Assembly: GCA_003427395.1 (NCBI GenBank)
Contig: BFEA01000020.1
Span: 3,467,840-3,531,839, forward strand
From: Chara braunii
Taxonomy: Eukaryota > Plantae > Charophyceae
Reading direction: 5' to 3'
DNA length: 64,000 nt
Shown one piece after another: positions 26,393 to 39,378 of this stretch. The position numbers were made by a program, and so were the translations under genes. Below the pieces are notes generated by a model. The model worked only from the letters and a program-made list of their open reading frames with translations. It made no database searches and was not told the DNA's origin. How positions within the stretch are numbered: the stretch's first letter is position 1; each line of letters begins with the position of its first letter.

Positions 26393-27623
26393 CAGGTCCC
26401 CCTCACCATTAGAAACACCCGGATAAGAAGCATGCAATGGCTCATCTACTATCAGGCCTTGCCGGTCAACACATGGCTCAGCAAGAGAAGGTCGGAAATG
26501 GCCAGAAGGGACTTCGACGATAGCTGTGCAGTCTGCGATGTCGGAACCCTTGAGGATGTGCCGCACTGTCTGATAAATGCACAAAGGCTTTGGAACAGAA
26601 CGCGGGCGCTCTGGTCTGCGATTGTTAGCACACCACAGCCAGATAACCTGCTGACACGTCTAACGGGCCTGGCACAGCCACGTTTTCGAGAAGCTTGGCT
26701 TTTCACTCTCTTCTGAAGACTTTGCCCCTGTACGTTGTGGATCATATGGAAGACGCAGTGCAAACAAACGATAGCCGGGCACAACACCCCGACCCGGGAG
26801 GCCTGGGAGCACTTACTACAACTCATACGGATGGAGTACCAGGCAGACTGGCACCAGACAACCAAGAACATTAAAGAAGACACCGCAAAAAAGCAAATAA
26901 TCATAGACAAATTCATCAAGACCAGCTCGGAACCGGTAAACTCGGCACCGTAGAAGGCTCTCCTCCGAGACTAGTACGGAAGCTGCAGGAAGAACAACAA
27001 GGGCGAGACCATATAATGGACCCTGCCTCATTATAAACAGCGCATTCACAGAACAGTGTGGCGGATATAAACTCAGCATAGAAGGCACAGAAGAGCTAGT
27101 GTTAAGAAAAAAGGGAGTCATTTCACAAGTAGTTACCTCCTGCCCTGATTGTGGTTTAGATAGCCCAGCTCCGATGGTTCATTCCACCCCTGGGAGTGCC
27201 TGTATTTTTCCGGTATTGTGGGCTGTTCCATCTTGCCCCAATCGAAGTTTGTGACCTCCGGTGTCCAGAACCTCTTGAGTGTAAGGAGGTGTAGTGTCCA
27301 GGACACGGGTGCGCAGGGTTTAGAGTTTGAGAGGGGTACTGCGGAAGTAAGGGATAGTTTGTTAACCAGCATTACACTCCTGAGGACTGCTCGTTTTTTC
27401 AGCCCGCTTAGGCCTTCCCTTCTTTTCTAGGTAGAAATTGATTCTTTCTTAATCCAGTTTTCCTTTTATAGAATTATGCTCAAGGGGACGCTGGATCCGG
27501 TTTCCAGCCAAGCCAAAGCTGGATAATGGCCCCAGTGCACCAGGTTGACTGGAGGGATTCCCGGCCTCCTTTTGCAATCGATAATATATAAGCATAATAC
27601 CAAAAAAAAAACAAAAAAAAAAA
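26393..27623 (+). mobile_element. 5'-truncated L1-type LINE (3' end of ORF2 with zf-RVT, 3' UTR, poly-A)
   Basis: IRSMQWLIYYQALPVNTW...CAVCDVGTLEDVPHCL...LWIIWK; A-tail 27602-27623; TSD GCATGGTCGT (26383-26392 / 27625-27634). Confidence 0.9.
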
Positions 27624-28274
27624 CGCATGGTCGTACCTTTACCTGGCCTGAAAATTACCCTGGATACAGCTACAATACCATGCCTTCTTTCTTGAGAGGA
27701 AGCATCATATGCCGGCAGTTTGTCCTCACAACAGGTGGCTTGAACTTGGGTCAATCTAAGCACCAGCACAAATATCTAGGACTGCCACCACTGCCTGTCC
27801 TGGCATGATTCTGATTGGTTCCTCCTACGCAACTGCTTGTGATTCCAGCCTCAGAAACTGTCTATTGATATTCTGAAAGGTAATCCTATCTCTGCCTGGT
27901 TTCCTTCTCTTCTTTGATTTTTCGAATCTCCACCAAGGGTAAGCATGGCAGATTATTGGCAAACCCCGACCGGTCAACTGCCAACCAGCCGACCGCTCGA
28001 CCAGTTACCTTGCACCAATCAACATCGTCGACCCCTGCAAAAGCCAAGTATTCTTTATCTTTTTCTTCTTCCTTCTGTCTTCCAGGGATCCGTTCTTCAT
28101 TCTTCAACCTCTCTTCTGATTCCATTTCAATAACCTTCTCCACCTTGAAATTCCACCTCTAGAGAGGCCTCACCTGCCCAATTCAGCTGACAATGGCTTG
28201 AGTTCATGTTGATGAAGCTTTTACCCCGTTGTCCATGACATCGACCGAGTTTTCCTTTCGCATTTTTAGCGCAC

Positions 28275-28545
28275 AAAACATTCAGAGAATCAAGATCTGA
28301 ATGGTGAATAAGGTCGCCTTTGTATACCCTACCACCTCATGCAGCCCGATCGACAAGCGACATACCTGTCCAAAGCTACTCTCCATACTTGGTGACGGAA
28401 TCAAAGATACAAAAGATACCGTGCGTGATGCTTATTTTAAACTTTGCAACGGTAAAATATTCAGAGAATCGAGATCTCAACAGTGTATAGGGGCGCCTTT
28501 ATATCTCCTACAACCTCATGCAGCGCGATCGACAACAGACATCCC
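28275..28545. repeat. Diverged ~90-bp direct repeat, ~180 bp period
   Basis: ATTCAGAGAATC(A/G)AGATCT...CGCCTTT...ACCTCATGCAGC(C/G)CGATCGACAA at ~28280 and ~28460. Confidence 0.75.
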
Positions 28546-28568
28546 CAGTGTGAGGCTACTCCCCTTAA

Positions 28569-28750
28569 CCACCAGTACAACAGGGCCTGGAAAAGCCTTA
28601 CTGCGCACCGAGCTTTTCCGAACCGGCAGCAGTGCACTTTTTTTCTTTTTTGGCTGGTACCACCAGCCATCGTGCTCCGGTAGGCCGAGCCATTGCGACA
28701 GTGCGGCGGGGACGAGTTGCTTTTTCTGGCTGGGGCCGTGTACTGGCAGT
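28569..28750. mobile_element. Small TTAA-flanked MITE
   Basis: TTAA|CCACCAGTACA ... TGTACTGGCAGT|TTAA. Imperfect TIR related to the adjacent MITE. Confidence 0.6.
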
Positions 28751-28893
28751 TTAAACCACCAGTACATTTCCCAACTATTTTTTCAGAGTCGCGGCGCATA
28801 TACAGCCGTGACTCTCAGGAAGTACCCGGGTGCCGTTTCACTGGATATGCCTCCATGCAAAACAGGTCGCATGCAAGGCCCGTTTTGCCTGGA

Positions 28894-30105
28894 TGTTATG
28901 ATCCTGGCCACTTTCGAAGTACACATTCATCCGCAAGTACAATGCCGTCCACTTGCAAAAAGAAATGAATGAACTTGAGAGGAGAGAGAGGGTTAGAAGG
29001 AGAAGAAGTAGAACGAAAGATGAAGAAGATGAGGTACACCAGAATAGACCAATGAGAATGCTCTTCTTCACGAATCACTCTCCTCCTCTATATCTCCTCC
29101 TCTCTTATTCATACAAGAAATAATAGTACAATATTGAATGGCTGAACCAGAATCAATGTCCGAATCCCTCTTCTACTACAGGTATCACATGAGCTCCAAC
29201 ATAGCCATGGCCACCTCTCTTCCTCTTCGCTCTCATAGGCCGAGGCTATGGCGGACTATCAGGTATGGCCCTGCTGTCCAAAGGACAACCCAAAGCAGCT
29301 ATGACTGCTCTAGCTCAGGCCGACATGCCTGGCTCTGCCTTGAAGCTTCATGGAGTAGCTCTGCCCCAACGGGGCCTTCCTGCCGCAGCGACCACCAAGG
29401 TGATGAAGATGGCAGCCACCATAGCCAGGTACGTACCTCTGGCGCTACAAGCAAGCGCTGCTCCAGCCAGCGCTCCAACCAGTGTGTCGCCAAACTTGCA
29501 CACCGACAATGAGGCCGGGCTCTTTGCTCGGCCTGGAGATATAGCGGCCTGCTTGCCTCTTGGGCGGTGACTTCCAGGCCGCTCGGCCTCCCCTCCCTTT
29601 CGGAGGGAAACATCATTGCAGACTCTGATATTGCCCATACAGGCCCTAGACTCAGACTGGTTGGACTGGTACCCGCCTAGACCTACAACTATTGGGCCTC
29701 TAAAAATGCCACCTTTGTCTTCTTCTGCTAGGCCTCAAGTACCCGGCACATCTTCCTCTACAGGGTGTGGTACCGGCCTACCTGCTACTTGAGTGTTTCC
29801 CGCTGCTTCAAGTGTTGCGGGCCTCTTTCCCCGCCACTTGAGTGTTTTACCCGCTGCAATCCTCGATGTCAAGGCCACAGGTAAGTATCGCCCATGCGGG
29901 CCGAATGAACGAACAAGTGCCCTTGCGGGTCACACACACACTCAAGCCAACAAGCACTCAGACAGACATGCAGACCAGCAAGCATGCACACACACAGACT
30001 AAGAGAACTCAGTAGCAAGCGGGAAACTCAGCAAGGCATTCAGTCCACGAGCAAAACTCATAAATCAGCTATGTGTCTTAGTCCGTATTTGGTCAGGTCA
30101 TCACA
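28894..30105 (-). repeat. 3' LTR of element 2
   Basis: TGTTATGATCCTGGCC...GGTCAGGTCATCACA, homologous to 38214-39378. Confidence 0.94.
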
Positions 30106-30146
30106 CTACGCCCCCCTTAAAAGCAAGGTCCCTTCCAGCAAGTAAC

Positions 30147-31597
30147 TCATTCTGAGTCCCCGACAAACGCAGCGTAAGCAAACAAAGCAAAGAGATTTCT
30201 TAAGTACTCCATCGCAGTGAGCTTTGCAAGAATTTTAGGTACAGCATTAGAGGCGATTTGTCGCTCGTCGGCCGTAACAACGCGAGGTGCACTGCGCAGC
30301 AGTTCCTTCTTGGAGATCCAATAGAGATTGTCCAACGTTCATCAAAAACAGATGGCGGAACCTCGTGGGGCAAGAAGCAGACAAAATCACACGATTACAT
30401 TGGGAAAAAATCAAACACATCACACCAATCAAGATCAGAAGCATGCAATGGCTGATTGCTTACACAGTCCTGCCGGTGAATCAATGGCTACACATTAGAC
30501 GGAAAACCACAGACCCAGACAGTCCAGAATTATGTGCAGTCTGTACTGAAGGCTCGGTAGAAGATATAGTCCACTGCCTAGTCCTCTGTAAAGAAGCAAC
30601 TGAATACTGGGCGAGAGCGTCTTCACTGTGGGATTCCCTCTTCTCTTCTCCCTTCCCCAAACAACCCATTCAACTGCTCCTCTTGACTAACATCACAGAT
30701 CAGGCTCGGAAGGCTTAGAGGACCTGGTTTGAACTCATCAGAAAGGTGACCCTATGGGTCATATGGAAGGAGAGATGCAGTCGAACAATTGAAGGACTCT
30801 CCAACCCATGGGAGAAAGTGTGGATAGAAACTAAAACAATGATTCAAGCCGAGACCCTGTGCAGATGGCGGAAGATCAAGCGAGCCTGGTCCGAAGACGA
30901 AGAACAGCGGAACAAGGAGAGGCAACTGGCTGGTGGATGGCAAGATTGGAGAATTGCGACAGCACCTAGTATGCTGGAAAGAATGGCATAATTCAAATCC
31001 AGGAAGGGGTTCCCAACATCAGACGTCGCTGGAAGGCTTAAGCACATCCTAGGCTGCAAGAGCTTAAACACAACCTAGGGGGTTCAGACGACGTGGAAAA
31101 TGAGGACAAATCTGACAACTCTGGAGCATGTACGGCGGCCGCCAAGTAGGATCCCATCCCAGGGATTCGGAAGCCTACTAGCACCTGCCAAGACCCAATT
31201 TTGACGATCTGAAGATAAGATTGCAGACTGAGGGTGTAGGTCTCATGGTTAACTGTCGGCCGTACAAAGGGGGGGCGAAGTGGCTTATGGGAAGGACCAG
31301 GCTGGGTAAGGCCAACAGGGGTGATCTTTCTAGGGTTTATTGCTTTATCTGACAGATCTGGATTCTGGATCTGAGAGGAAAGAGTGGGACAAGGCAAGCT
31401 GACAGTCAATCCTCCCGTGGTGGAGCAATCAATGCTGCTCAGGGGTCCTTCGGCCTGACGGAAGGAAGCGTGTGTGGTTGTTAATTGTTGTAATTTACTT
31501 GACTTGCCGGTGGAATAGGAACCGGACTTACGCTCCCCAGACTAGAAGGAGTCAGGTCCATAAGGCCCTGTTTAACCAAAAAAAAAANNNNNNNNNN

Positions 31598-31669
<72 letters not shown>

Positions 31670-34600
31670 GTACTGTCTGTTACGGGTGATACATAAAATG
31701 AACCTGGTACTGTCTGTTACGTCCCTTCCCTTCGTGCTGTTTGATTCTAGCGATCTCATGACCGCCATTGATTGCACGAGGAAACATGTCTTCATGATAA
31801 TGGAAGGACTTACCATCATGATGTACATACAGTTTAGATGCATGAAAGACTGGGTATGTGTGCAGACGAGGAGGCACAGCAACTGTGCACGAGGGGCCGG
31901 ACCCATCCTTGCCAATCATGTCTAGGACTTCCCACGGACCGTAATAGAGCGGGAGAAGTTTGCGTGACATTCCCTCTTCTTCTGAGAATTCAGACATCTT
32001 GATCAAGACATAACTCCCACTTTAATATCCGACGGTTGGCGTTTCTTGTTCGCATCATGGATCATTGCATGCTGTCGCTTGGTCATTGCTGCTATGGCAA
32101 CTTTGAGCAAACGATCGTACTTAGCACTGAAGCAAGGCCTGCCGGGTGTTAAACCAGCTGGCTGTTCGGGAAATAAGTAGGAGAGCGGATTAAGTATCTG
32201 CCAACCGTAATGCAGCCTATTTGGCGCCATGCCGGTGGAAGAATGGATGGAGTTGTTGTACAACCCCTTGACGGAATACAGTTCTTCATCCCACGTTTCC
32301 TGATCCGGATTGATTAAAGTGTGGAGAAGTTGGAACAGTCTGGTTGATCTCCTCAGCCAAACCGTTGGCTTCGAGATGTCGGCCAGATGTCATACATAGT
32401 CTGAGGCCATTGGGACGTGAAGTCCTTCCATTCAGTACTTATGAAGCATGGGTCCCGATCACTCACAAGAGTTTTCGGGGTTCCGAACTGCAGAATGTAC
32501 TTCTGTTCGAACTCATGGAGCACAACTTCGGTTGGGGCATGAGATGGAAAGGAAATCGGATTGAGGAATTTGGAAAAGTGATTAACAATCATCATCACTC
32601 GCGAGTAGTCATTCTTACTTACCTTTCCCATGTCTGTGAAGTCAATAGAGACACACTCCCAGGGACCATCGGGAATGGGACGGGGTGTAAGTAGCTCCAT
32701 GGGCTTTTGTTTGGATGGTTTGATCCGTTGACAGACTTGACACTCAACCACAAACGTTTTGGCAGATCCTCTCATACCAGGCCAATCAAACGGTCTCAAT
32801 AGGTTTCCGTACGTTTTGCCATGCCGAAGTGTCCACTCCGGCCGTGAGCCAAGTCCAAAAAGTGTGTGCGAAGAGGCTCATGGTTGGGTACACACAAACG
32901 GTCATTGTTTCCATAGCGTCGGAAAACCAGTCCATATTCGTGAAAATCAGGCTGACTGCTGGGGTCAGCCCGCAACTGCTCAAGGATTGGACTAAGCTCA
33001 AGGATTGGACTAAGGTTTGGGTCCATGGCAGTATGCTCTACGATCTCCTCCTTCACTTTTTGTCGGAGGTCGTAGGAGTTCATAAGGCAAGTCATGTACT
33101 CGGTGTGGCGAAACAATGCATCAGCGAGGTTAATGTAGGGGACAAGGTGGTTTGTTCTTTGATCCACTTCAAAGTCTCATGATCCGAGAACACTTTGAAG
33201 TGGCGTCCCAAAAGATGGTGCTTCCACTGGTCCAAAGCTATACGCAAGGCATAGAGCTCGCGCATGTCGGTGGAAGTAGCTACCTTTTCGTCATCCCGTT
33301 GCAGCACTGCGCCGTCATCCTGTTGCCGTCATCCTATTGCAGCACTGCGCCAATCCCATATTGGCTCGCATCCATAGTCACTACGAATGTTAGCTTGGAA
33401 TCTGCAATGCGGAGTACAAGGTAACTTACCAAGGCCTCTTTCAAGGCTTGAAATGCGGTCTCACATGTTGCATCCCATGTGTAAGATACATTCTTACTTG
33501 TTAATCGAGACAACGGGCGAGCAACAATAGAGAATCCGGCCACAAACTTTTGATAGTATGATGCGAGACCAAGGAAAGAACGCAATTCGTGGATGTTCGC
33601 GGGTTGAGGCCAGTCGCGTATGACTTCAACCTTGGTTGCCTCGGGCTTCAGGCCTGCAGCAGACAACCGATGCCCAAGATAGATGACGCTATCCCTTCCA
33701 AACTCAGATTTCTCTGAGTTGAGATGGAGTTGCGTTTTCTTGAGGATGGTGAACACTTCCTCAAGGTGGTTCATATGTTCCTCGATGGATTTGTTGAAGA
33801 TTAGAATATCATCGAGGTGCACCACCACAAACCGACCAACCTGTTCATGGAGGACCTTGTCCATAAGGCTTTGAAAGTTGGCTGGTGCATTCGTGAGACC
33901 GAAGGACATTATGGTAAATTCGTAAAGCCCATCGCGTGTCTTGAACTCGGTTTTGTGCTGGTCCGCAGGATCGACTTCAATCTGGTGGTATCCAGACTTG
34001 AGGTCGATCTTGGAGAAGACCTTGCACCCACCTACAACATCAAGCAAGTCATCTATGCATGGCAATCGGTATGCACTTTTTTTTTTTTTTCAAAAAAAAA
34101 AAGCATTCATTAGGTATGCACTCTTTCTTGTGACCCGGTTTAAACCGAGATAATCAATACGCATGAGGAGTTTGCCTCCTTTCTTTGGGACAAACAAAAC
34201 AGGGGCACCAAATTTAGATTCACTAGGTTTAATCCATCCCTTGCCAATCATCTCATCGATTTGTTTCCGGAGTTCCTCCAACTCACCGGATCTCATTCTG
34301 TATACACAACCCTTTGGAGGAACAACCCCTTCAACCAACTCGATCGTGTGTCGGACCGATCGTGTGGGAACTCCACGTGGTTCGGCCAAAACTTTCTAAA
34401 ATTGGTCGAGTAGGTTTTGAATGCTTGTTTGGACCGGTGGGGATGGAGGATCAGCAAAAGGATCACCTAGATCAGGTCGCAAATTACGAATGGAGGCGAC
34501 CGAATCTGAAGTAGGGTTATTTGGACTAGGGGTAGGTAGAGAAGGAGAAGTGCTAGAAGTAGATTCATCACGTAAAGTAGTACTAGTACTAGCCGCAAAA

Positions 34601-36912
34601 GTAGTAGGCACATGAGAAAAGTCATTGGGACTCATGCTTTTCTCATCCAAGAGGACGGGAAGCTCATTCCCTTGAGCATCTTTGGCCATGAAAAGTGGCT
34701 CCTTCCACTCGGTCCATTCGCATTGGGACTGCAGCCAGCCCAAGCCAAGGACTGTGTCGAAGGGACACTTTTCAAGGACATAGAAGTTCAATGCGTGGGT
34801 GACTGTTTTGCCTTTGTCAAAGGTAGTGCGCACACCTTTGACTGCATGTGTAGATGACAAAACCTCTTTGTTGCCTACTTGAGTCCGGGAAAGACTCTGC
34901 AAAGCCACCTGCTTCATCCCCAAGCCCACTTTGCGTATCCTGTGCGGTGACATGAAGTTAGTCGTAGCACCACAATCAATCAAGACACGAAAATAGCGGT
35001 GGTTAATGAGAAGCTTGAAGAAGATTAACTTTATTGGCCCCAAGCACGCTGTTGTTTCATCTCAGCCCAAAGCTCTAGGTGATAGTGAAAGTCGACCTTC
35101 TCTGTCTCCTCCCAAGGCTCAACATACAAAACATGACATTCATTATCCTTGGAGTCAGCAGAAGATGGGGATTCAAGGGAGGACTATTGGTCCTTGACAT
35201 GTTCCTTTGAAGAACCATCACTGACCGATTCAGATTCCCTCGTTGTAGAGTGTGCTGATGAACCCTTTACCCCCGATTCGGGTTTCCCTACAGCCTAAAG
35301 CATTATTGGACTTTATGGTTTGTTTTCAGGCAATGCAGGCAACCTCCCTTCTTCATCCTAGTCTTCCATTCAGCCTCACTGATCCGGATGTCCACCCAAG
35401 GTTTAGTACTTGCGTCCTCCGCTTTGGCTGGGATTTTGGCTCCCTTCGTAAATGCGACAAAGCTCCTCACTGAATTCCGGTTTTGGCTTCCCTTAGCATG
35501 GGCAGTCTTTTTGAAGGCACTGAATTTTTCATCTTCATTGTTTATATCAAATTCTTTAGTGGAAGAGCAGGTTGTATGTCCTGTTCTTGGCCATCGCCAA
35601 CAGTGGGGTCATCTGCTTTGACCTCCCCTTCCCCTTCCATCAAGTCGAGCGCAGCTAGACGGTTGCTGCCACGAAACCGTCCGCGAACAAAAGTATTTTT
35701 GCTGCTTGTTGCTGTAAGGAGGTATCCTGCCTCCAAACTGACTACATCCTTCATCAAGGAAAACCAGTCAGTGTATCCGAAGAAATCTCTGCCTAGGCGA
35801 TTGGTTAAGTGTGTAGGAATCGTACCTTTAACTACATCCAAACAGGATTGCGCAGTCAGCTCTAATCCTGTCATCGCAAAGAGCTTGCTGATATGCAATT
35901 GCAATTTGTGCATGGTGCCCTGCCACTTGCTGCGCATAAGTTCATCAAGTTGTATCCTTACTCTAGCTGCAGTATGTGGGTCTTTATATTGCGCTGCTAA
36001 TATATCCTCGAGAGTGGCAGCCAGAGTGACGTCAAGCCACTAAGATAGGTTGATCTTGGAATACCCAGCTTGCATAGCTTGGACTTCAAGGAAGCCTCTT
36101 ACGACAGCCTCGACGTTTGTCCCTAGGATAAAGGACTGGTTCACTCTTTGAGTGCCCTGGACCTCAAAGTGGGCTCTCATGGAGCTGATTCAGGACTCTA
36201 CATCTTCATTGCCATCATATCTAGACGGTATCATCGTCGCCTTCCTGTCCATGTATGGACTGCTATAGCTGGGACCAGCCATTGCTGGATCCGAACCCAA
36301 GGTTGCGGCAGTTGTCGAACTTCCTGCGCTGCCGCTTATAGCGGCAGTGGGAACTGCACCTGTCGCAGGTCCTGACTGATTAACCACCAAACTCAACGAA
36401 GAAGACTGAGAAGGAGAAGAATGGAGAGGTGCAAAGGTAAAACAGGGAAGCGAACTTGAAATTTGGGCCTGATGCATGCTTGTCATTTGCTGTAACTGAT
36501 CGGGATGCTCCCTGGCCATTTCAGCCATTTGAGTACGCATCTGACGCATTTCCTCGAGTAGTTGGGATTTCACACTCCAGAGTTCGCCGAGCAAATGGTA
36601 CTTCACAATGGCACATACATACACAACCAGTTCTTTCTTAAGGTCTGCATCAGGTATAGTTGGGTCTATTTTGAACATAGCCTCAAGTTCATCAGCGGCT
36701 GTTTTCCGCTTTGCCTCTTCCGCCTTTTCCTCTTCAGCCACCTCTTTTTGATAAAGGGCCTCATACAACGGTTTATCTGCCTCACACGCTGCATCCATAT
36801 AAGGCTTTAACATATCAGACAGCTTAGTTGATGCCATGTTGGAACTACTATCTCCTTCAGTTGCTATGGCTTCTTCCTCTCTTTTCTCTTGTCCGCGCGT
36901 TGTAACGGGCAT
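30147..36912 (-). pseudogene. gag-pol polyprotein of element 2 (frameshifted; chromodomain interrupted by a LINE)
   Basis: MPVTTRG Gag; protease VLIDCGATTNFMS; RT FSKIDLKSGYHQI, VVHLDDILIF; RNase H DASQYGIGAVL; integrase GHFG, CQVCQ, YYGPW; chromodomain HEIARI...QYQVHF...YWISKKEL. Confidence 0.95.
30338..31665 (+). mobile_element. 5'-truncated L1-type LINE nested in the chromodomain of element 2
   Basis: IRSMQWLIAYTVLPVNQW...CAVCTEGSVEDIVHCLVLC...LWVIWKERC (zf-RVT); long poly-A 31578-31665. Flanks rejoin as YHP-LDNLYW. Confidence 0.92.
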
Positions 36913-38200
36913 AAAAGGATTTCAGTAAAGAAACGAACTGAAAGTACAGAAGAGAAGGTAGAACTCCTAGTCGGAGCGGCAAATATTTGGACTCGAGAGC
37001 AACCAGCACACAAAAAAAAAAAAAACTCTGAAGAGAGTTCTGACTCCGCATTTTAGTCCGGTCAGACCAAGTACGAGGTCCCCTCGAGCCTAATCCAATC
37101 GGCACCGTCAAAGTACAGCATATCAGACTACAAGTAACATCATACAGCAACGGAGAATTGAGTGGTGTATAAGGTGGGTGCATGTCCAGCATTGGATTGT
37201 GCATCATCAGTCCGACAAAGCATCCCAGCCGAGATCCCCTCAGCAGCGAGGGCTCTAATAAAAAAGAAAAGTACCGTATCCCAAACAGTAAAGAGAGCAA
37301 CACTTCGTCAACAGATATGGGTCCTAGGGGCCCTTCTTGTTTGGGCCTGGTCCCACAGAGTCCCAACGGGCCCCACGTAGGTCGTGAATGAGTCCCAAGC
37401 AAGGAGAGTACCTCAAGGTCCGACTTTTTGCCTCTACCATACTGAAAAACGAATATAAACTTCAAGAGAGAACCTACAGACCACATCATTCAGAATGAAA
37501 AGACAAATCACTGTAGAAAGATATGGCATTCAAAGCAAGATACTTCATCGCTACATCCATCAGGTTAGTAAGTAGTTTGCACAGCAATGCACACAACCAA
37601 GACTTCAGAGGAGTAGGAAAGAGACCCAACAGGACAAACAATACCATGCACGCATACATGGGCAACCCTTAGGTGCACGGCACTTGCCTGAGTGGCCCGG
37701 ACTCTGAGATGCAGTATAACTCACTCCCCTTCCCCATATGGTCCTCCTAACCCTATTCGCTACCTCTACACTAGTGTCCTATCATGTAGGAGGGTCTCAC
37801 TCCAACACCAAAGTGCAACGCCGGATCCCCCTGTCGATGCTGAAGAACAAAGTAGCAACTTGCAGTCCGTAGATACAGAATGGCTACCTCCCTCAAGATC
37901 GCCTACTTGGGGGAGCCCCTCAAGTCACCAAGATTCCAGGTGCGAGTGCCTCTCCCTGTCGACTCTCGCGACTTGTCGCATGAAGTCCTCTTGATGTGTC
38001 TCGCCACCACATACTTACTCTCAATCAACCTGGTCAGGTTCGGTGTCGACCCCACACGACCTAACCAGGTGGGGGCAGCTTCCCTAACCCACACTGCCCC
38101 ACTTCCCACTTCGGACCAACCCTAACCCTAAGTGGTTAGCCCTAACCACTTAGGTTAGGGTTAGGGTGGATAAGTCAACTCTCACCTGCAAGTAGAATCT

Positions 38201-38212
38201 GCTCGGATACCA
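38201..38212 (-). promoter_or_regulatory. Primer-binding site (tRNA-Met-like) of element 2
   Basis: Minus strand TGGTATCCGAGC next to the 5' LTR. Confidence 0.9.
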
Positions 38213-38213
38213 A

Positions 38214-39378
38214 TGCTATGATGCTGGCCAATTTCGAAGTACACATTCATCAGAAAGTACAATGTCATCCACTTACAAAAAGAAATGAATGAACTTGAGA
38301 GGAGAGAGAGGATTAGAAGAAGTAGAAAGAAAGAAGAAGAAGAGGTACACCAGCATCGACCAATCAGAATGCTCTTTTTCACCAATCACTCTCCTCCTCC
38401 TCGTCTCCTCCTCTCTTATTCATACAAGAAATAATAGTACAATGTTGAATGGCTGAACCAGAATCAATGTCTGACTCCCTCTTCTACTGCAGGTATCACT
38501 TGAGGTCCACCATAGCCATGGCCGCCTCTCTTACTCTTCACTCTCATAGGCCGAGGCTATGGCGGACTATCAGGGTATGGCCCTGCTGTCCAAAGGACAA
38601 CCCGAAGCAGCTACGGCTTCTCTAGCTCAGGCCGACACCAAGGTGCTAAAGATGGCAGCCACCATAGCCAGGTAAGTACCTGTGGCGCTCCCACCTATAG
38701 TCCCGGTCTTCTTCCTCCTCCGTGTCCTTGCTCCTTCCCCAGCAGCGCTGCTCCAAGCCAGCGCTGCTCCAGCCAGCACTCCAACCAGTGTGTCGCCAAA
38801 CTTGCACACCGACAATGAGGCCGGGCTCTTTGCTCGGCCTGGAGATATAGCGGCCTGCTTGCCTCTTGGGTGGTGACTTCCAGGCCGTTTGGCCTTCCAA
38901 ACAACCGGTACCTCCTCCCTTTTGGAGGGAAACATCATTGTTTACTCTGATATTGCCCATACAGGCCCTAGACTCAGATTGGTTGGACTGGTACTCACCT
39001 AGACCTAGCCTACAACTACTGGGCAACTTCTGTCTTCTTCTGCTCGGCCTCGGGTACCCGGCACATCTTCCTCTACAGGGTGTGATACCGGCCTACCTGC
39101 CTCCTTCCCCGCCACTTGAGTGTTTTCCCCACTGCAATCCTCAATGTCATGTCCACAGGAAAGTATCGGCAGGCCGAATGAACGAGCAAGTGCCCTTGCG
39201 GGTCACGCACACACTCAAGCCAACAAGCACTCAGACAGACATGCAGACCAGCAAGCGCGCACACACACAGACTTAGAGAACTCAGTAGCAAGCGGGAAAC
39301 ACAGCAAGGCATTCAGTCCATGAGCAAAACTCAGAAATCAGCTGCGTGTCTTAGTCCATGTTTGGTCAGGTCATCACA
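38214..39378 (-). repeat. 5' LTR of element 2
   Basis: TGCTATGATGCTGGCC...GGTCAGGTCATCACA followed by TSD TGGA. Confidence 0.94.

Larger units (their letters stand above)
28894..39378 (-). mobile_element. Full-length Ty3/Gypsy chromovirus LTR retrotransposon (element 2), degenerate
   Basis: LTRs 28894-30105 and 38214-39378 (TG...CA), 4-bp TSD TGGA, PBS TGGTATCCGAGC, PPT-like AAGGGGGGCGTAG at ~30106-30118, and gag-pol domains. Confidence 0.96.

Noticed and set aside
27886-28143. Charged minus-strand ORF (MEKVIEMESEE...)
   Set aside because: No recognisable domain. Possibly an old TE fragment, but unsupported.
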